64,000 nucleotides of DNA from a virus, in IMG/VR virus record IMGVR_UViG_3300032288_003086, positions 32,001 through 96,000 of that record. One strand, given 5' to 3'. Positions 42,201 to 49,085 of this stretch are shown one piece after another. The notes beneath the pieces were generated by a model. That model was given only the letters and a program-made list of their open reading frames with translations, did no database searches and had not been told where the DNA came from. Numbering within the stretch: position 1 is the first letter of the stretch; every line of letters begins with the position of its first letter. Both the position numbers and the translations under genes were made by a program.

Positions 42201-43046
42201 TCCCAACAAGAGATCAACAGTCTTAAGTCATTGATAATGGGTGAGATATATAGGCACCAGGGTAACTATGCCAACTATACCAAAAGTAAGTTTGGTAGTA
42301 CAATGCTGGGTTCACTCTATGAGTTCTATCGTAAGTATCTTATCCCAGCTGTATCAGTTCGCTTCCATTTAGGTAAACGCGAGGGAGTTGGATCCATGTA
42401 TTCTTGGGATACCCAGGAAGCTTACATGGGTTGGTATATGGCACTTGGAAGAATGTATCAGTACTATGGCCTGGGTAAAGCGACTAAGACACTTCTCTAT
42501 GATACTCTTCTGCCAGGACTGGTTAAAAAGAAGATAAATGCGGATACTGGTATTGAGCAACATGACTTCTATAGGGGGCGTGCAGCTATGGCTGGGCGTG
42601 AAATCCTTATAGCTATTGCTTTCTACATGCTTTATCAAACCCTCAGGAGTGCTTTATATGATGGGGATGAGGAAGATTTCACTTATGCTGAACTGAGTAT
42701 GATGCGTGCGCTTGTAAAAGTGAGTAATGAATCACGGTCTATGGTGCCTTTGTTTGTGGTTGGTAAGCCTGGGGATTACATTGACAACTTTGGCAGCTTT
42801 ACTTCAGCTTTCAGGGAGGGTAAGACTATCTGGGAACTGGGTAATAATGCATTCTTCTGGGCAAATTACCACACTACAGGAAGTATGTTTGCCTATGAGC
42901 GTGGGTTCTATCAAAGGGATACAGCCAGGTTTGAAGAAGGAGATGCCAAAGTGTTGAAGAATCTCTATGATCTTACAGGTTGGTCCAACGTTGTAGATAC
43001 ATTTGAGCCATATGAAGCTGCTAAAGCCAACCTTAAAATGAAGTAA
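36234..43046 (+). CDS. Giant ejection protein 3, with a degenerate zincin-like domain, a PD-(D/E)xK nuclease-like domain and C-terminal hydrophobic helices
   Basis: 2270 aa; ALEEISHVF (HExxH with the first His lost); LPEISV..GRLDLMA..VMDLKTS..YHMQLALY; EILIAIAFYMLY near the C-terminus. Confidence 0.7.
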   Translation: MSNCAILRDPDSGKVVNVYAPNGEPSILYQDALVAFGQNADKAILAWAAAYTPEFMGYYGDWINEPSKVSLDANGEPISSMVFLSVYDVLRDPRYKSIARKTGYIPFREAVRIKNSLEKAIPGSRYKLEESRAEPGYAKVTALSSIFSYAPNYTKEEIQRQKEKITPIMEYMIRKFPGVSYQWISPNQLKQTEHYTDIRRINSFVKDNVIYLVEGRVTPQIALEEISHVFVEFLRQDRPALFKGLFESLKNDPKYAAEYVAIFEGLRAENKLFMNDLKVVAQSEFIARNLATALKAELEMNPEGRPLSPLGKLFKRFFDWLANALGMPRIDPKMTLQDIAAHLNSKYTEMELPTEPYLYYNADPNANFDPEDRDAAEELNPIGETQRKKKTAQELNLQRAKENVEKLNKMKAFVLRTKPNNKQRENQIAVIDILIDNANYQVTELEAGRATVSITKYKGSEDTESLDNKTAEMGANFGTFFHTLIEDLQDSYMENGINPTKLYTQEWFDAFYEKHKKMIQFKDVDKQLLFDAGLEISQALSSEFLRGKILLPEISVAVEDAQGTLILGRLDLMALDELGRVSVMDLKTSKSAHSLVNLNGGPMFPMIDLSVSYTNKNGWKDGVSEFFADILNRTKMNTYHMQLALYGEMLKKLGIVVSSRNVLALAYRVQGKEADQQTVVQTAFHVFDDSSFYTFAFNGQKASDEGRIIDTAARLAFNGREEEIDEDAAAETDPGPFARMSKDVQEDLINRLIKLATDQLATIEKERSEIEKNDLIDKDEKNNLIKILTKRKAGLVDMSEKLKLAISNPASSESLAASRAVIIKAALDVFSNEISTISRKINEDIDIPATYKLGSDENRTAIATLQSYLTSMDNMADYLQGFKNTILATTLDPDSQKDEALKKDLIRYFDDKLFTIDAQNQKMVNIGKSITKAIIMETIGTKNFEKVFGEVKKVLAPRLAWLDRTIEKIKKGEAPADTMGLKARRVLASIFKQVQNPKERLQLLEEERNKIARMMDINQLTDATLDTYLDGILNDDNSSFSMGQTMGNVLGISMSDIIGSNADSEMIVSAMFQYMRNMTEDARIEALRWADSLGIDELKRAAIESLGGLQQANKILTQEVEVVTEFDENGEPELKETYRQYVDPVLEDFYKTHDKYRSNLRKYSKLIREKSVEKRNEVDPVKAAILDQQLKELIKEEEALSLEWTQWRIDNTETRIKPEVLMLMHGSGFTNSQITENYSQINAIINAAGGEENLSEDQQEQIDYLEAEISRIRTETIKDNPEAQERIDALLEYFEFDYNYTLWAKKRVAIEASGDKKALERWDYNNTNEVPTEDWNQAREKLYEDMMDILGKDEVLGNLYRERSLIKAKAKIRGKFNFNYLNQEDIDRYHALDEQISNRLAYLRETSPLTEGEAADLTIVTQRLANIEIKVLDPRYIRQRDQLKDTVRKAYAALNEAKKKFTEAPESIGLRDQLDAAQSHYEKTEREFADFFNKNNQSKYTLGENIIAERKALKELPNSYLFVKQPKNPADMERFPNKKYRIKRLKSESYNPKYQNSFVEDRMGGGMYPMPKGIRFNETINEFEISPSAKFVNPNFMTVQNNPIAKDFYKKWIIEQYLIKQKNASGKRLGFNLPYVQQLALENVMAKGMDGMAREYQEKLQEISYQNSELEKATNESGIAGQQRVLFKENHLVPAALTTTDGIGAIVNWNAGYYTNRKMAMISNEMSAVLTFLKDIQRQIQDQSAGLQDANKESHAQRLEAINSIITQIEYNKDKFIFGKLFEKGDSENSVFNRKTMRLFMGVASFARMAFDVPMQFGNMLSGNVQAFLSTSNHRHASTQNYLNAKKMIYTRWFPKMIADWGTVSDASFETKLFRYMNPLSKDLDRLFDANTVSKMRRLGNRIFNITDLSMALQDKGEIEIGLTTMLMIMDGRRYEVFDTDSQGNLLMDDQGNRVVKKNPDGSIVYVNAIDAFGIDENNSIAPKKNVNISQQEINSLKSLIMGEIYRHQGNYANYTKSKFGSTMLGSLYEFYRKYLIPAVSVRFHLGKREGVGSMYSWDTQEAYMGWYMALGRMYQYYGLGKATKTLLYDTLLPGLVKKKINADTGIEQHDFYRGRAAMAGREILIAIAFYMLYQTLRSALYDGDEEDFTYAELSMMRALVKVSNESRSMVPLFVVGKPGDYIDNFGSFTSAFREGKTIWELGNNAFFWANYHTTGSMFAYERGFYQRDTARFEEGDAKVLKNLYDLTGWSNVVDTFEPYEAAKANLKMK

Positions 43047-43085
43047 TACAATTGATTTCCAACTAAATTTTGCTTATATTATAGT

Positions 43086-43229
43086 ATGGCCAAACCTAAA
43101 AAGACAGACAGCGTCAAGACCGTTGTCAAAACTGAAGTTAATAGACCTGGTATTCATGCTAAAACTAAAAGTAGTAAGCTGAAGTCCAGTAAGTTATACA
43201 AGAAACAATACCGAGGACAAGGTAGATGA
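43086..43229 (+). CDS. Small basic protein (47 aa, ends YKKQYRGQGR); not in the ORF track
   Basis: ATG at 43086 after an AT-rich intergenic region; TGA overlaps the next ATG (ATGA at 43226-43229). Confidence 0.75.
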   Translation: MAKPKKTDSVKTVVKTEVNRPGIHAKTKSSKLKSSKLYKKQYRGQGR

Positions 43230-44062
43230 CCCCTACTGAAAAACAACAGTTATGGAACTGCATTAGTAAGATGCGGTCTATGCCTTGGAGAGGTCCAAGG
43301 GGTGGTGTCTATAATTGGACTCAGCGTGAACTGCGTAAGCTGTATGAGAAGCTTGTGGTCTATGGTGATGCCAATGAACCTACAGCTGCTTGGAGACTCC
43401 TTAATGAGGGTAAGTACAGGTATATGATTTATCCTTGGTATAAAGGAAAGATTTACAATTCTATCGCATTTGTTCCTCCGTGTGATAACTTCAGGTATGC
43501 TACAGTATCATCTGTTCTTGGGGCATCGCTTTACAATTTTACTGGTTGGACAATTAATGGTCTTGATTTTGATCTAAATTACATTTCAGTTGCGGCCTCT
43601 GAGGGTTGCAATGTAAATACGCCTGTTACAAATATAAGTGAACTGTTTTTCGGCCAAGAAGTTATCATTTGGTATTATGGTACTGTTGATCCTGTTTTCA
43701 CAATCTTAGATAATATAGGTAGTCCAATAACATTGACTTGGAGAACATTATGTACCAAGACTTGCTATGAGCTTCAGATTCCATCAGCTTTCAGTTTCAT
43801 AGGTGATATAATCTCAGGTGTTGATTTTATTGTTAACAGTATATACCCTGTGAAAACATGGGGTTCTAATCTAGATGTTGCTAACCCTTCAGATATTGCT
43901 GCAGCAGAAGCATACTATAAACAATTGAGTGGAGCCTCTACAACGATAACATCCACTTATGATATTATAAATGATCAATACATTGTACAAATAAAGGATG
44001 CCTATTTGGCTTATTCGCCAACTTGGTCTACTTTCAATTCTATTGAAATAACTTGTCCATGA
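43226..44062 (+). CDS. Hypothetical beta-rich structural protein (fibre/decoration-like)
   Basis: 278 aa; basic N-terminal ~80 aa, then Cys/Thr/Tyr-rich beta-like region; coupled to flanking genes by ATGA overlaps. Confidence 0.5.
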   Translation: MTPTEKQQLWNCISKMRSMPWRGPRGGVYNWTQRELRKLYEKLVVYGDANEPTAAWRLLNEGKYRYMIYPWYKGKIYNSIAFVPPCDNFRYATVSSVLGASLYNFTGWTINGLDFDLNYISVAASEGCNVNTPVTNISELFFGQEVIIWYYGTVDPVFTILDNIGSPITLTWRTLCTKTCYELQIPSAFSFIGDIISGVDFIVNSIYPVKTWGSNLDVANPSDIAAAEAYYKQLSGASTTITSTYDIINDQYIVQIKDAYLAYSPTWSTFNSIEITCP

Positions 44063-44211
44063 AAAAGAAACAGATGATCAAGCGTGCTGATGGCTCCTAC
44101 TCCCAAAGGGGATTGTGGGATAATATCCGCGCCAACAAAGGATCAGGCAAGAAACCTACAGCTCAGATGCTCAAGCAGGAGCGTAAGATTAAAGCTAAAT
44201 CAAAAAAATAA
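44059..44211 (+). CDS. Small basic protein (50 aa, MKKKQMIKRADGSYSQRGLWDNIRANKG...); not in the ORF track
   Basis: ATGA overlap with the upstream stop; TAA at 44209-44211, two bases before the next ATG. Confidence 0.75.
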   Translation: MKKKQMIKRADGSYSQRGLWDNIRANKGSGKKPTAQMLKQERKIKAKSKK

Positions 44212-44213
44212 CC

Positions 44214-44495
44214 ATGGCTAAGTCCGCAGCATGGCAACGCAAAGAAGGGAAAGATCCCAAGGGTGGTCTGAATGCAAAAGGTGTCGCATCCTACAGGAGA
44301 GCAAACCCTGGAAGCAAACTTCAGACAGCAGTCACCACCAAACCTTCCAAGATCAAGAAGGGGAGCAAGGACGCCAAAAGGAGGAAGTCATTTTGCGCTC
44401 GAATGTCAGGTATGAAAAAGAGGCTGACCTCAGCTAAGACCGCTAATGATCCTAACTCAAGGATCAATAAGTCTTTGCGAAAATGGAATTGCTAA
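44214..44495 (+). CDS. Small basic phage protein (MAKSAAWQRKEGKDPKGGLN...RRKSFCARM...LRKWNC)
   Basis: 93 aa, very K/R-rich; a sequence type I recall from many environmental phages, function unknown. Confidence 0.8.
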   Translation: MAKSAAWQRKEGKDPKGGLNAKGVASYRRANPGSKLQTAVTTKPSKIKKGSKDAKRRKSFCARMSGMKKRLTSAKTANDPNSRINKSLRKWNC

Positions 44496-44524
44496 TTATA
44501 TTTACGGTCTAAACCAACCAAATC

Positions 44525-44728
44525 ATGGCAAAGCTAAAACCCACACCTATCAAAATGTCTAAGGAAGAAAAGCGCTGGAGAACAGAAGATGATCTACGCA
44601 CTCTTCAAAGAGCTGGAGAGATTCAACAGGATGCATCTAGGATGAATGCTGTACGACAAGCAGCTATGGATCTGAACAAACTTGTAATGGGTGGTAAGAC
44701 CACAGGTAAGACCACAAAGAAGAAATAA
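44525..44728 (+). CDS. Small protein (67 aa, WRTEDDLRTLQRAGEI)
   Basis: A/C-rich leader aaccaaccaaatc-ATG; in the small-gene array. Confidence 0.75.
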   Translation: MAKLKPTPIKMSKEEKRWRTEDDLRTLQRAGEIQQDASRMNAVRQAAMDLNKLVMGGKTTGKTTKKK

Positions 44729-44730
44729 TC

Positions 44731-44919
44731 ATGGCTGAAAAGTGGATACAGAAGGCTATCAAACGCCCAGGTGCCTTTACAGCCAAGGCTAAGGCGGCAG
44801 GTAAGTCTACTGCAGCATATGCTAAATCCGTATTAAAAGAGGGCAGCAAGGCCAGTACTCGTACCAAGCGTCAAGCTGCACTGGCTCAAACACTAGGTAA
44901 AATGCGTAAAAAGAAATAA
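44731..44919 (+). CDS. Small basic protein (62 aa, MAEKWIQKAIKRPGAF...LAQTLGKMRKKK)
   Basis: K/A-rich, histone-H1-like composition; tightly packed in the array. Confidence 0.8.
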   Translation: MAEKWIQKAIKRPGAFTAKAKAAGKSTAAYAKSVLKEGSKASTRTKRQAALAQTLGKMRKKK

Positions 44920-44920
44920 C

Positions 44921-45193
44921 ATGTCACAGAACAAAGGAAAGGCGAAGACTTCACCCGCCAGAAAAACAGGGAAGTCAACAAAGAGTACTGCAGGTATCCC
45001 CAAGCGTGCTACATTAGATAAACGTTCACCAAAAGAACCTATGGCTATCTCAGGTGATACCATGAGTAACTATGCCATGTATAAGAAAGGTGGCAGCACT
45101 AAAGCTAAGAAGTTTGCAGCTTTAGCTCCTCCTTATGATAAGATTACAGCAGCTGATCGCATTGCGGGAGCTAAGAAGAATAAGAAAAAATAA
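44921..45193 (+). CDS. Small basic protein (90 aa, YKKGG..KKFAALAPPYDKITAADRIAGA)
   Basis: K-rich; carries a KKGG motif. Confidence 0.75.
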   Translation: MSQNKGKAKTSPARKTGKSTKSTAGIPKRATLDKRSPKEPMAISGDTMSNYAMYKKGGSTKAKKFAALAPPYDKITAADRIAGAKKNKKK

Positions 45194-45219
45194 TATCTAA
45201 CTAATTAACAATCAATAAA

Positions 45220-45519
45220 ATGAAAAAGAAAACAATTAAGAAGTACCAAGGTACAAATGGTAGTCAAGTTTCAGATAGCACTTCTACGCCTAAATACACA
45301 TTGAGTAAGAGCGGAAATGTAGTTAAAGATTCCAAGGGAAATATTCTTAACCCAAATTCTGCAGAGGGCAAAGCAGCTTTGGATTTGCTTAATGTGTCTG
45401 CAGAGCAAAGGATAAAAATGGGTCAACAAAAAAATGGTGGCACCATGAAGATGGGAGGCACTAAGAAAAAGATGATGGCTGCCCCTAAGAAGAAAATGGC
45501 TGCAAAGAAAAAGAAGTAA
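45220..45519 (+). CDS. Small basic protein (99 aa) with KKYQG and KNGG/KMGG motifs
   Basis: A-rich leader; Lys-rich termini; shares motifs with the large cargo proteins. Confidence 0.75.
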   Translation: MKKKTIKKYQGTNGSQVSDSTSTPKYTLSKSGNVVKDSKGNILNPNSAEGKAALDLLNVSAEQRIKMGQQKNGGTMKMGGTKKKMMAAPKKKMAAKKKK

Positions 45520-45544
45520 TACTAACTAATTAAAACTCAAGAAA

Positions 45545-45715
45545 ATGGCAGGAATGACCAAATCAAAAAAAGGAATGGGCACTGGTGAAAACATGCAATA
45601 CATGAAGCCAGGTGGCGTTAAAAAGAAAATGAACAAAGTCCCCATGAAAGCTGTACCATCCAAGAAAATGGGTATGGGTGGTAAGTACAAGATTGGTGGC
45701 AAAAAAGGTATGTAA
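45545..45715 (+). CDS. Small basic K/G/M-rich protein (56 aa, MAGMTKSKKGMG...GMGGKYKIGGKKGM); not in the ORF track
   Basis: ATG at 45545 after an A-rich leader; TAA at 45713-45715. Confidence 0.7.
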   Translation: MAGMTKSKKGMGTGENMQYMKPGGVKKKMNKVPMKAVPSKKMGMGGKYKIGGKKGM

Positions 45716-45717
45716 TC

Positions 45718-45882
45718 ATGAAGAACCAAAAAGCAACAGTACAAAAGGTTCCTGGTAGCAATGGAACTTTTGTAGGTCTGAATCCCAAGGTTTCAGTCCA
45801 AAAACAACCAGGCAGCAATGGCGTAAAAGTCAATGTGAATCCTAAAGCCAAAGTAATGCCCTGCCACTATGGGGAACATTGA
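45718..45882 (+). CDS. Small basic protein (54 aa) with an internal ~19-aa repeat (VQKVPGSNG / VQKQPGSNG); not in the ORF track
   Basis: ATG two bases after the previous TAA; TGA at 45880-45882, just before the terminator hairpin. Confidence 0.7.
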   Translation: MKNQKATVQKVPGSNGTFVGLNPKVSVQKQPGSNGVKVNVNPKAKVMPCHYGEH

Positions 45883-45900
45883 TCACTTTGGTCTTTGAAG

Positions 45901-45938
45901 CAAGGGCTCCCGCTTATCTTGGGAGCCCTTGTCATTTT
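45901..45938. terminator. Intrinsic terminator hairpin between convergent genes
   Basis: caagggctccc-gcttatctt-gggagcccttg (11-bp perfect stem) followed by tcatttt on the + strand. Confidence 0.8.
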
Positions 45939-46521
45939 ATGCCAGTTGATTGAATCCTTCAAAAGGATTTTCGCTGGGTGGCTCATCTTCCATAGACTCA
46001 CACCAGCTTGCCAGGGTGGATACCCAGTTCCCACTCTTGTCATTTTTCTTAATGAAATAGGCTGAGGTCATGCAATAGCGATACTCCCCAGCCATAGAGT
46101 TGATATACCTACTGGTGGCATTCAAGATAGTATCCCAGTCATAGTCAGGATAGGTCTTGATAAACCACAGCATTCGCTGCTCCAACTCTGTCAAGCTATT
46201 GCGCACAGGTCTGCCAGCGTCCTTGGAGCTAGGAAACAGATCCCTATACTTCAATAGATTCTCTTGGAAGTCTGTGGTAGACTCTATCTTGGATGTCTTC
46301 TGTTTAGTGAAGTAGTCCTTACTCAACTCCACTAGGACAGTCTTGGCCAAGGGGGTGAGTCTGGATTCTTCATCCAAGAAGCCCTGTAGTTTAAGCTTGT
46401 GTATTTCAGTACTGTGCGCAATAGGTAGGTTCAGAGCGCAGTTATGTTCTAGGCAATAGAGCAAATAGTGACCATTGGGGGTCAGATTATACTTCTTCAA
46501 CAGTTGAAATAATTCCTTCAT
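45937..46521 (-). CDS. Putative winged-helix / replication-initiator-like DNA-binding protein
   Basis: 194 aa; N-terminal LTPNGHYLLYCL..LKLQGFLD..LT wHTH-like pattern; C-terminal YDWDTILNATSRY..YFIKK. Confidence 0.45.
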   Translation of the reverse strand: MKELFQLLKKYNLTPNGHYLLYCLEHNCALNLPIAHSTEIHKLKLQGFLDEESRLTPLAKTVLVELSKDYFTKQKTSKIESTTDFQENLLKYRDLFPSSKDAGRPVRNSLTELEQRMLWFIKTYPDYDWDTILNATSRYINSMAGEYRYCMTSAYFIKKNDKSGNWVSTLASWCESMEDEPPSENPFEGFNQLA

Positions 46522-46987
46522 CTCGTAGGGATGTTAGTAATTTGTAATACTTCTTTAGATAATCCTTATACATGCAATTGGCATGGTGTCTCTTTATGTA
46601 ATACGTTATAGATGAGCGATCTACACCAATAACAGTAGCAAGTTTCTGTTGAATGATGTTGTAATTACTTATTATAATATTGACTGTTACGGATATAATA
46701 TCCGTGATGCTGCTGGTGGCACCTTTTACTTTACACTTCTTGGATACATTTTGCCCCTCTTTATTCTTGTAGGGAACTATTGACCAATCGTTGTTGTATA
46801 TAAAGTTTGCCCAAGATAGGACTCTTTCAAATGTCTTCTTGAGTTCCCCTATAATAAATTTCTCCTCTAACTGAGGCACATAGACTTTTTGGATATCAGG
46901 GAATAACCTAAGGGACATCCTCATATACCAGCTGTAGAACTCCTCAGGGGATTCCAGGGCTGAATTTGGTACGCATAAATCACTCAT
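46487..46987 (-). CDS. Protein with a C-terminal DnaA domain IV-like helix-turn-helix
   Basis: IQQKLATVIGVDRSSITYYIKRH resembles the DnaA_C IG..RDHTTV.H helix-turn-helix. Confidence 0.5.
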   Translation of the reverse strand: MSDLCVPNSALESPEEFYSWYMRMSLRLFPDIQKVYVPQLEEKFIIGELKKTFERVLSWANFIYNNDWSIVPYKNKEGQNVSKKCKVKGATSSITDIISVTVNIIISNYNIIQQKLATVIGVDRSSITYYIKRHHANCMYKDYLKKYYKLLTSLRDEGIISTVEEV

Positions 46988-47054
46988 GATATTTGGTTTT
47001 TAACTGTTTTTTTATTAAATTCTTACTGTAGACTATATATGTATCTAAAAGAAA

Positions 47055-47375
47055 ATGAGCAGTTCAGGTAAGGACCCTGTTGTATCCAGGGTCAAAGAAT
47101 ACATCACCCCAGGGTTGATTACCATACTAGGAGTCATGTTGTGGGCAGAGCTGTCCGAACTCAAGAATGATGTAAAGACCCTATTAGCACGCGATGCAGC
47201 CTCTACAATGAAGATTGATATGCTGGAGAAGGAGATTGATCGTGTCAGACAGCAGGTTTGCAATGATACTAAACCTCTAGGATATAATACTCCAATTTCA
47301 TTACCTTGGTATAAAATGATTGCCAAGAAAGAAGATGAGCTTGAGGTCCCTAAACCAAAAGAACACACCATTTGA
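47055..47375 (+). CDS. Putative holin / small membrane protein
   Basis: Single TM segment (YITPGLITILGVMLW) then coiled-coil; directly upstream of the spanin-like gene. Confidence 0.5.
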   Translation: MSSSGKDPVVSRVKEYITPGLITILGVMLWAELSELKNDVKTLLARDAASTMKIDMLEKEIDRVRQQVCNDTKPLGYNTPISLPWYKMIAKKEDELEVPKPKEHTI

Positions 47376-47923
47376 AGTATCTAATATACATAGTGGCCAT
47401 ATTGATGTTCTCTTGCAACCCTGTGAAGAAGGTTCTCAAAGACAGTGAGAAGTTTGAGCAGGTGGCCCAAGAAGTGGTTAGGCGTGGGTATTGTGTAAAT
47501 GACACCACCAAGGTAATTACTGTAAAAGATACTGTATATGTGTACACTACAATCAATTCAGACACTATATTTGTAGGTACTCAGTGTGAATTGGATACAG
47601 TCCTGGCATCAGGTACCTGGATACGCTTAGAAGAGGGTTATCTTATGGTCAGTGAGGTTGTCAAAGAGCGTACTAGGGAAGTGATCAAGACAGTAGATAA
47701 TTACATCAGGGATACCAAGCATGAAGACATCCTTAAAAAGGACATCCTTGACAGGGAGAGCAAGATAAGCCAACAGCAGGGTATGCTTGTTGTATATAAT
47801 GAACAGATCAATAAACTGACCAAGAGCCTTAATAGATTCAAATGGTCCTTAGGTGTAGTTTTGGGGGCGATTCTTGTAGCTGTAGGATTGAGAATATATA
47901 TGAAAACAATAAAACCATTCTGA
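47372..47923 (+). CDS. Putative unimolecular spanin (N-terminal lipoprotein signal plus C-terminal TM helix)
   Basis: TTG start; MKYLIYIVAILMFS-C lipobox; coiled-coil; C-terminal WSLGVVLGAILVAVGL followed by basic residues. Confidence 0.7.
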   Translation: MKYLIYIVAILMFSCNPVKKVLKDSEKFEQVAQEVVRRGYCVNDTTKVITVKDTVYVYTTINSDTIFVGTQCELDTVLASGTWIRLEEGYLMVSEVVKERTREVIKTVDNYIRDTKHEDILKKDILDRESKISQQQGMLVVYNEQINKLTKSLNRFKWSLGVVLGAILVAVGLRIYMKTIKPF

Positions 47924-47924
47924 A

Positions 47925-49079
47925 ATGTCAGCAAACAAGATAGTAGTAACAAATGCAGCTACATTGAGCGCAGCCATAGCGGCTGCTGCTACCAATGACA
48001 CTACCTGCATTTCCATAGAGTCCAATACAGATATCATACAACTGACATCTACACTGAACATTCCTGCTGACTTTGTAGGTAATGCTTCCAGGACTTTGAT
48101 CATCGAAGGCAATGGTATCACTTTACAGCCTGCAAGTAACTTTGGCACTGATACCTCATTGATCAGGAGAAACAATGGAATTGGTACTGACATCAAGACC
48201 TGTTCAATTGTAATCAGGGATGTCTACTTTGACTGTAGAAATTATCCTATGTATGCTTTGGAATTGTTCAGCGCATCCAATGTGATCATTGAGAACTGTA
48301 AGTTTGACAATTGCAAGGTAGGCATGTCCTTAGCTAATGTAGACAGGGCTGCCATCAATAATTGCAGGGCATATAATGTAAAGTCAGTAGGATTCAGAGA
48401 CGGGGTAGATCCTGCCTTTGTACATCCACTTAATACTTTGTGTAATGACATAACCTACACCAATTGTAAGGTTATTAGTCTAGATACCAATCCTAGCAAT
48501 ATCATAGGGTTCTCATCTTATGCTACAGCTGGTTTAGCATATTATCAATGTGCCACTTTAGGAAGAGTTGGTTATTGTATCAACTTTGACAGCGCAGGTG
48601 GCACAGGAGCTACTCCTCCCAATGTAGTAAACAATGTACAGATCAGGAATTTCAAAGCTCCATCTGCGGATACAGCGATGATATACTTACACTTGACTGA
48701 TGGCTTTGTCAAGATAGATGGTCTTTATATAACCTCCACAGGTGTTCCTGTGACAGGTGGCATGATCATCGTAGAAGCCAATGCTTATGTGCTTACTTCT
48801 ACATTCAACCCACACTTATATGTGGAGAATGTACCATATCTTCCACCAAATGCTAAGTTCAAAACTGCAGGGGGCATACCTTCTCCTGTAAATTGTCCTG
48901 TAGCTCCTCCTGATAATGTAGTGACTTGGGAATTCAAGGAAATATACGACGGGCGTAATATCTTTGGTCCTGGAAGATGGTATAATAGTCTCATACCTTA
49001 TCATAGGTATGCTGAGTTCTTCGATGAGTCGAAGATCATACTTGCAGATTCAATCTTTGTAAACAACAAATATATCTAA
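47925..49079 (+). CDS. Parallel beta-helix protein (tail spike / pectin-lyase-like fold)
   Basis: LIIEGNG, NVIIENCKFDNC and AINNCRAYN beta-helix rungs. Confidence 0.65.
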   Translation: MSANKIVVTNAATLSAAIAAAATNDTTCISIESNTDIIQLTSTLNIPADFVGNASRTLIIEGNGITLQPASNFGTDTSLIRRNNGIGTDIKTCSIVIRDVYFDCRNYPMYALELFSASNVIIENCKFDNCKVGMSLANVDRAAINNCRAYNVKSVGFRDGVDPAFVHPLNTLCNDITYTNCKVISLDTNPSNIIGFSSYATAGLAYYQCATLGRVGYCINFDSAGGTGATPPNVVNNVQIRNFKAPSADTAMIYLHLTDGFVKIDGLYITSTGVPVTGGMIIVEANAYVLTSTFNPHLYVENVPYLPPNAKFKTAGGIPSPVNCPVAPPDNVVTWEFKEIYDGRNIFGPGRWYNSLIPYHRYAEFFDESKIILADSIFVNNKYI

Positions 49080-49085
49080 ACAACC

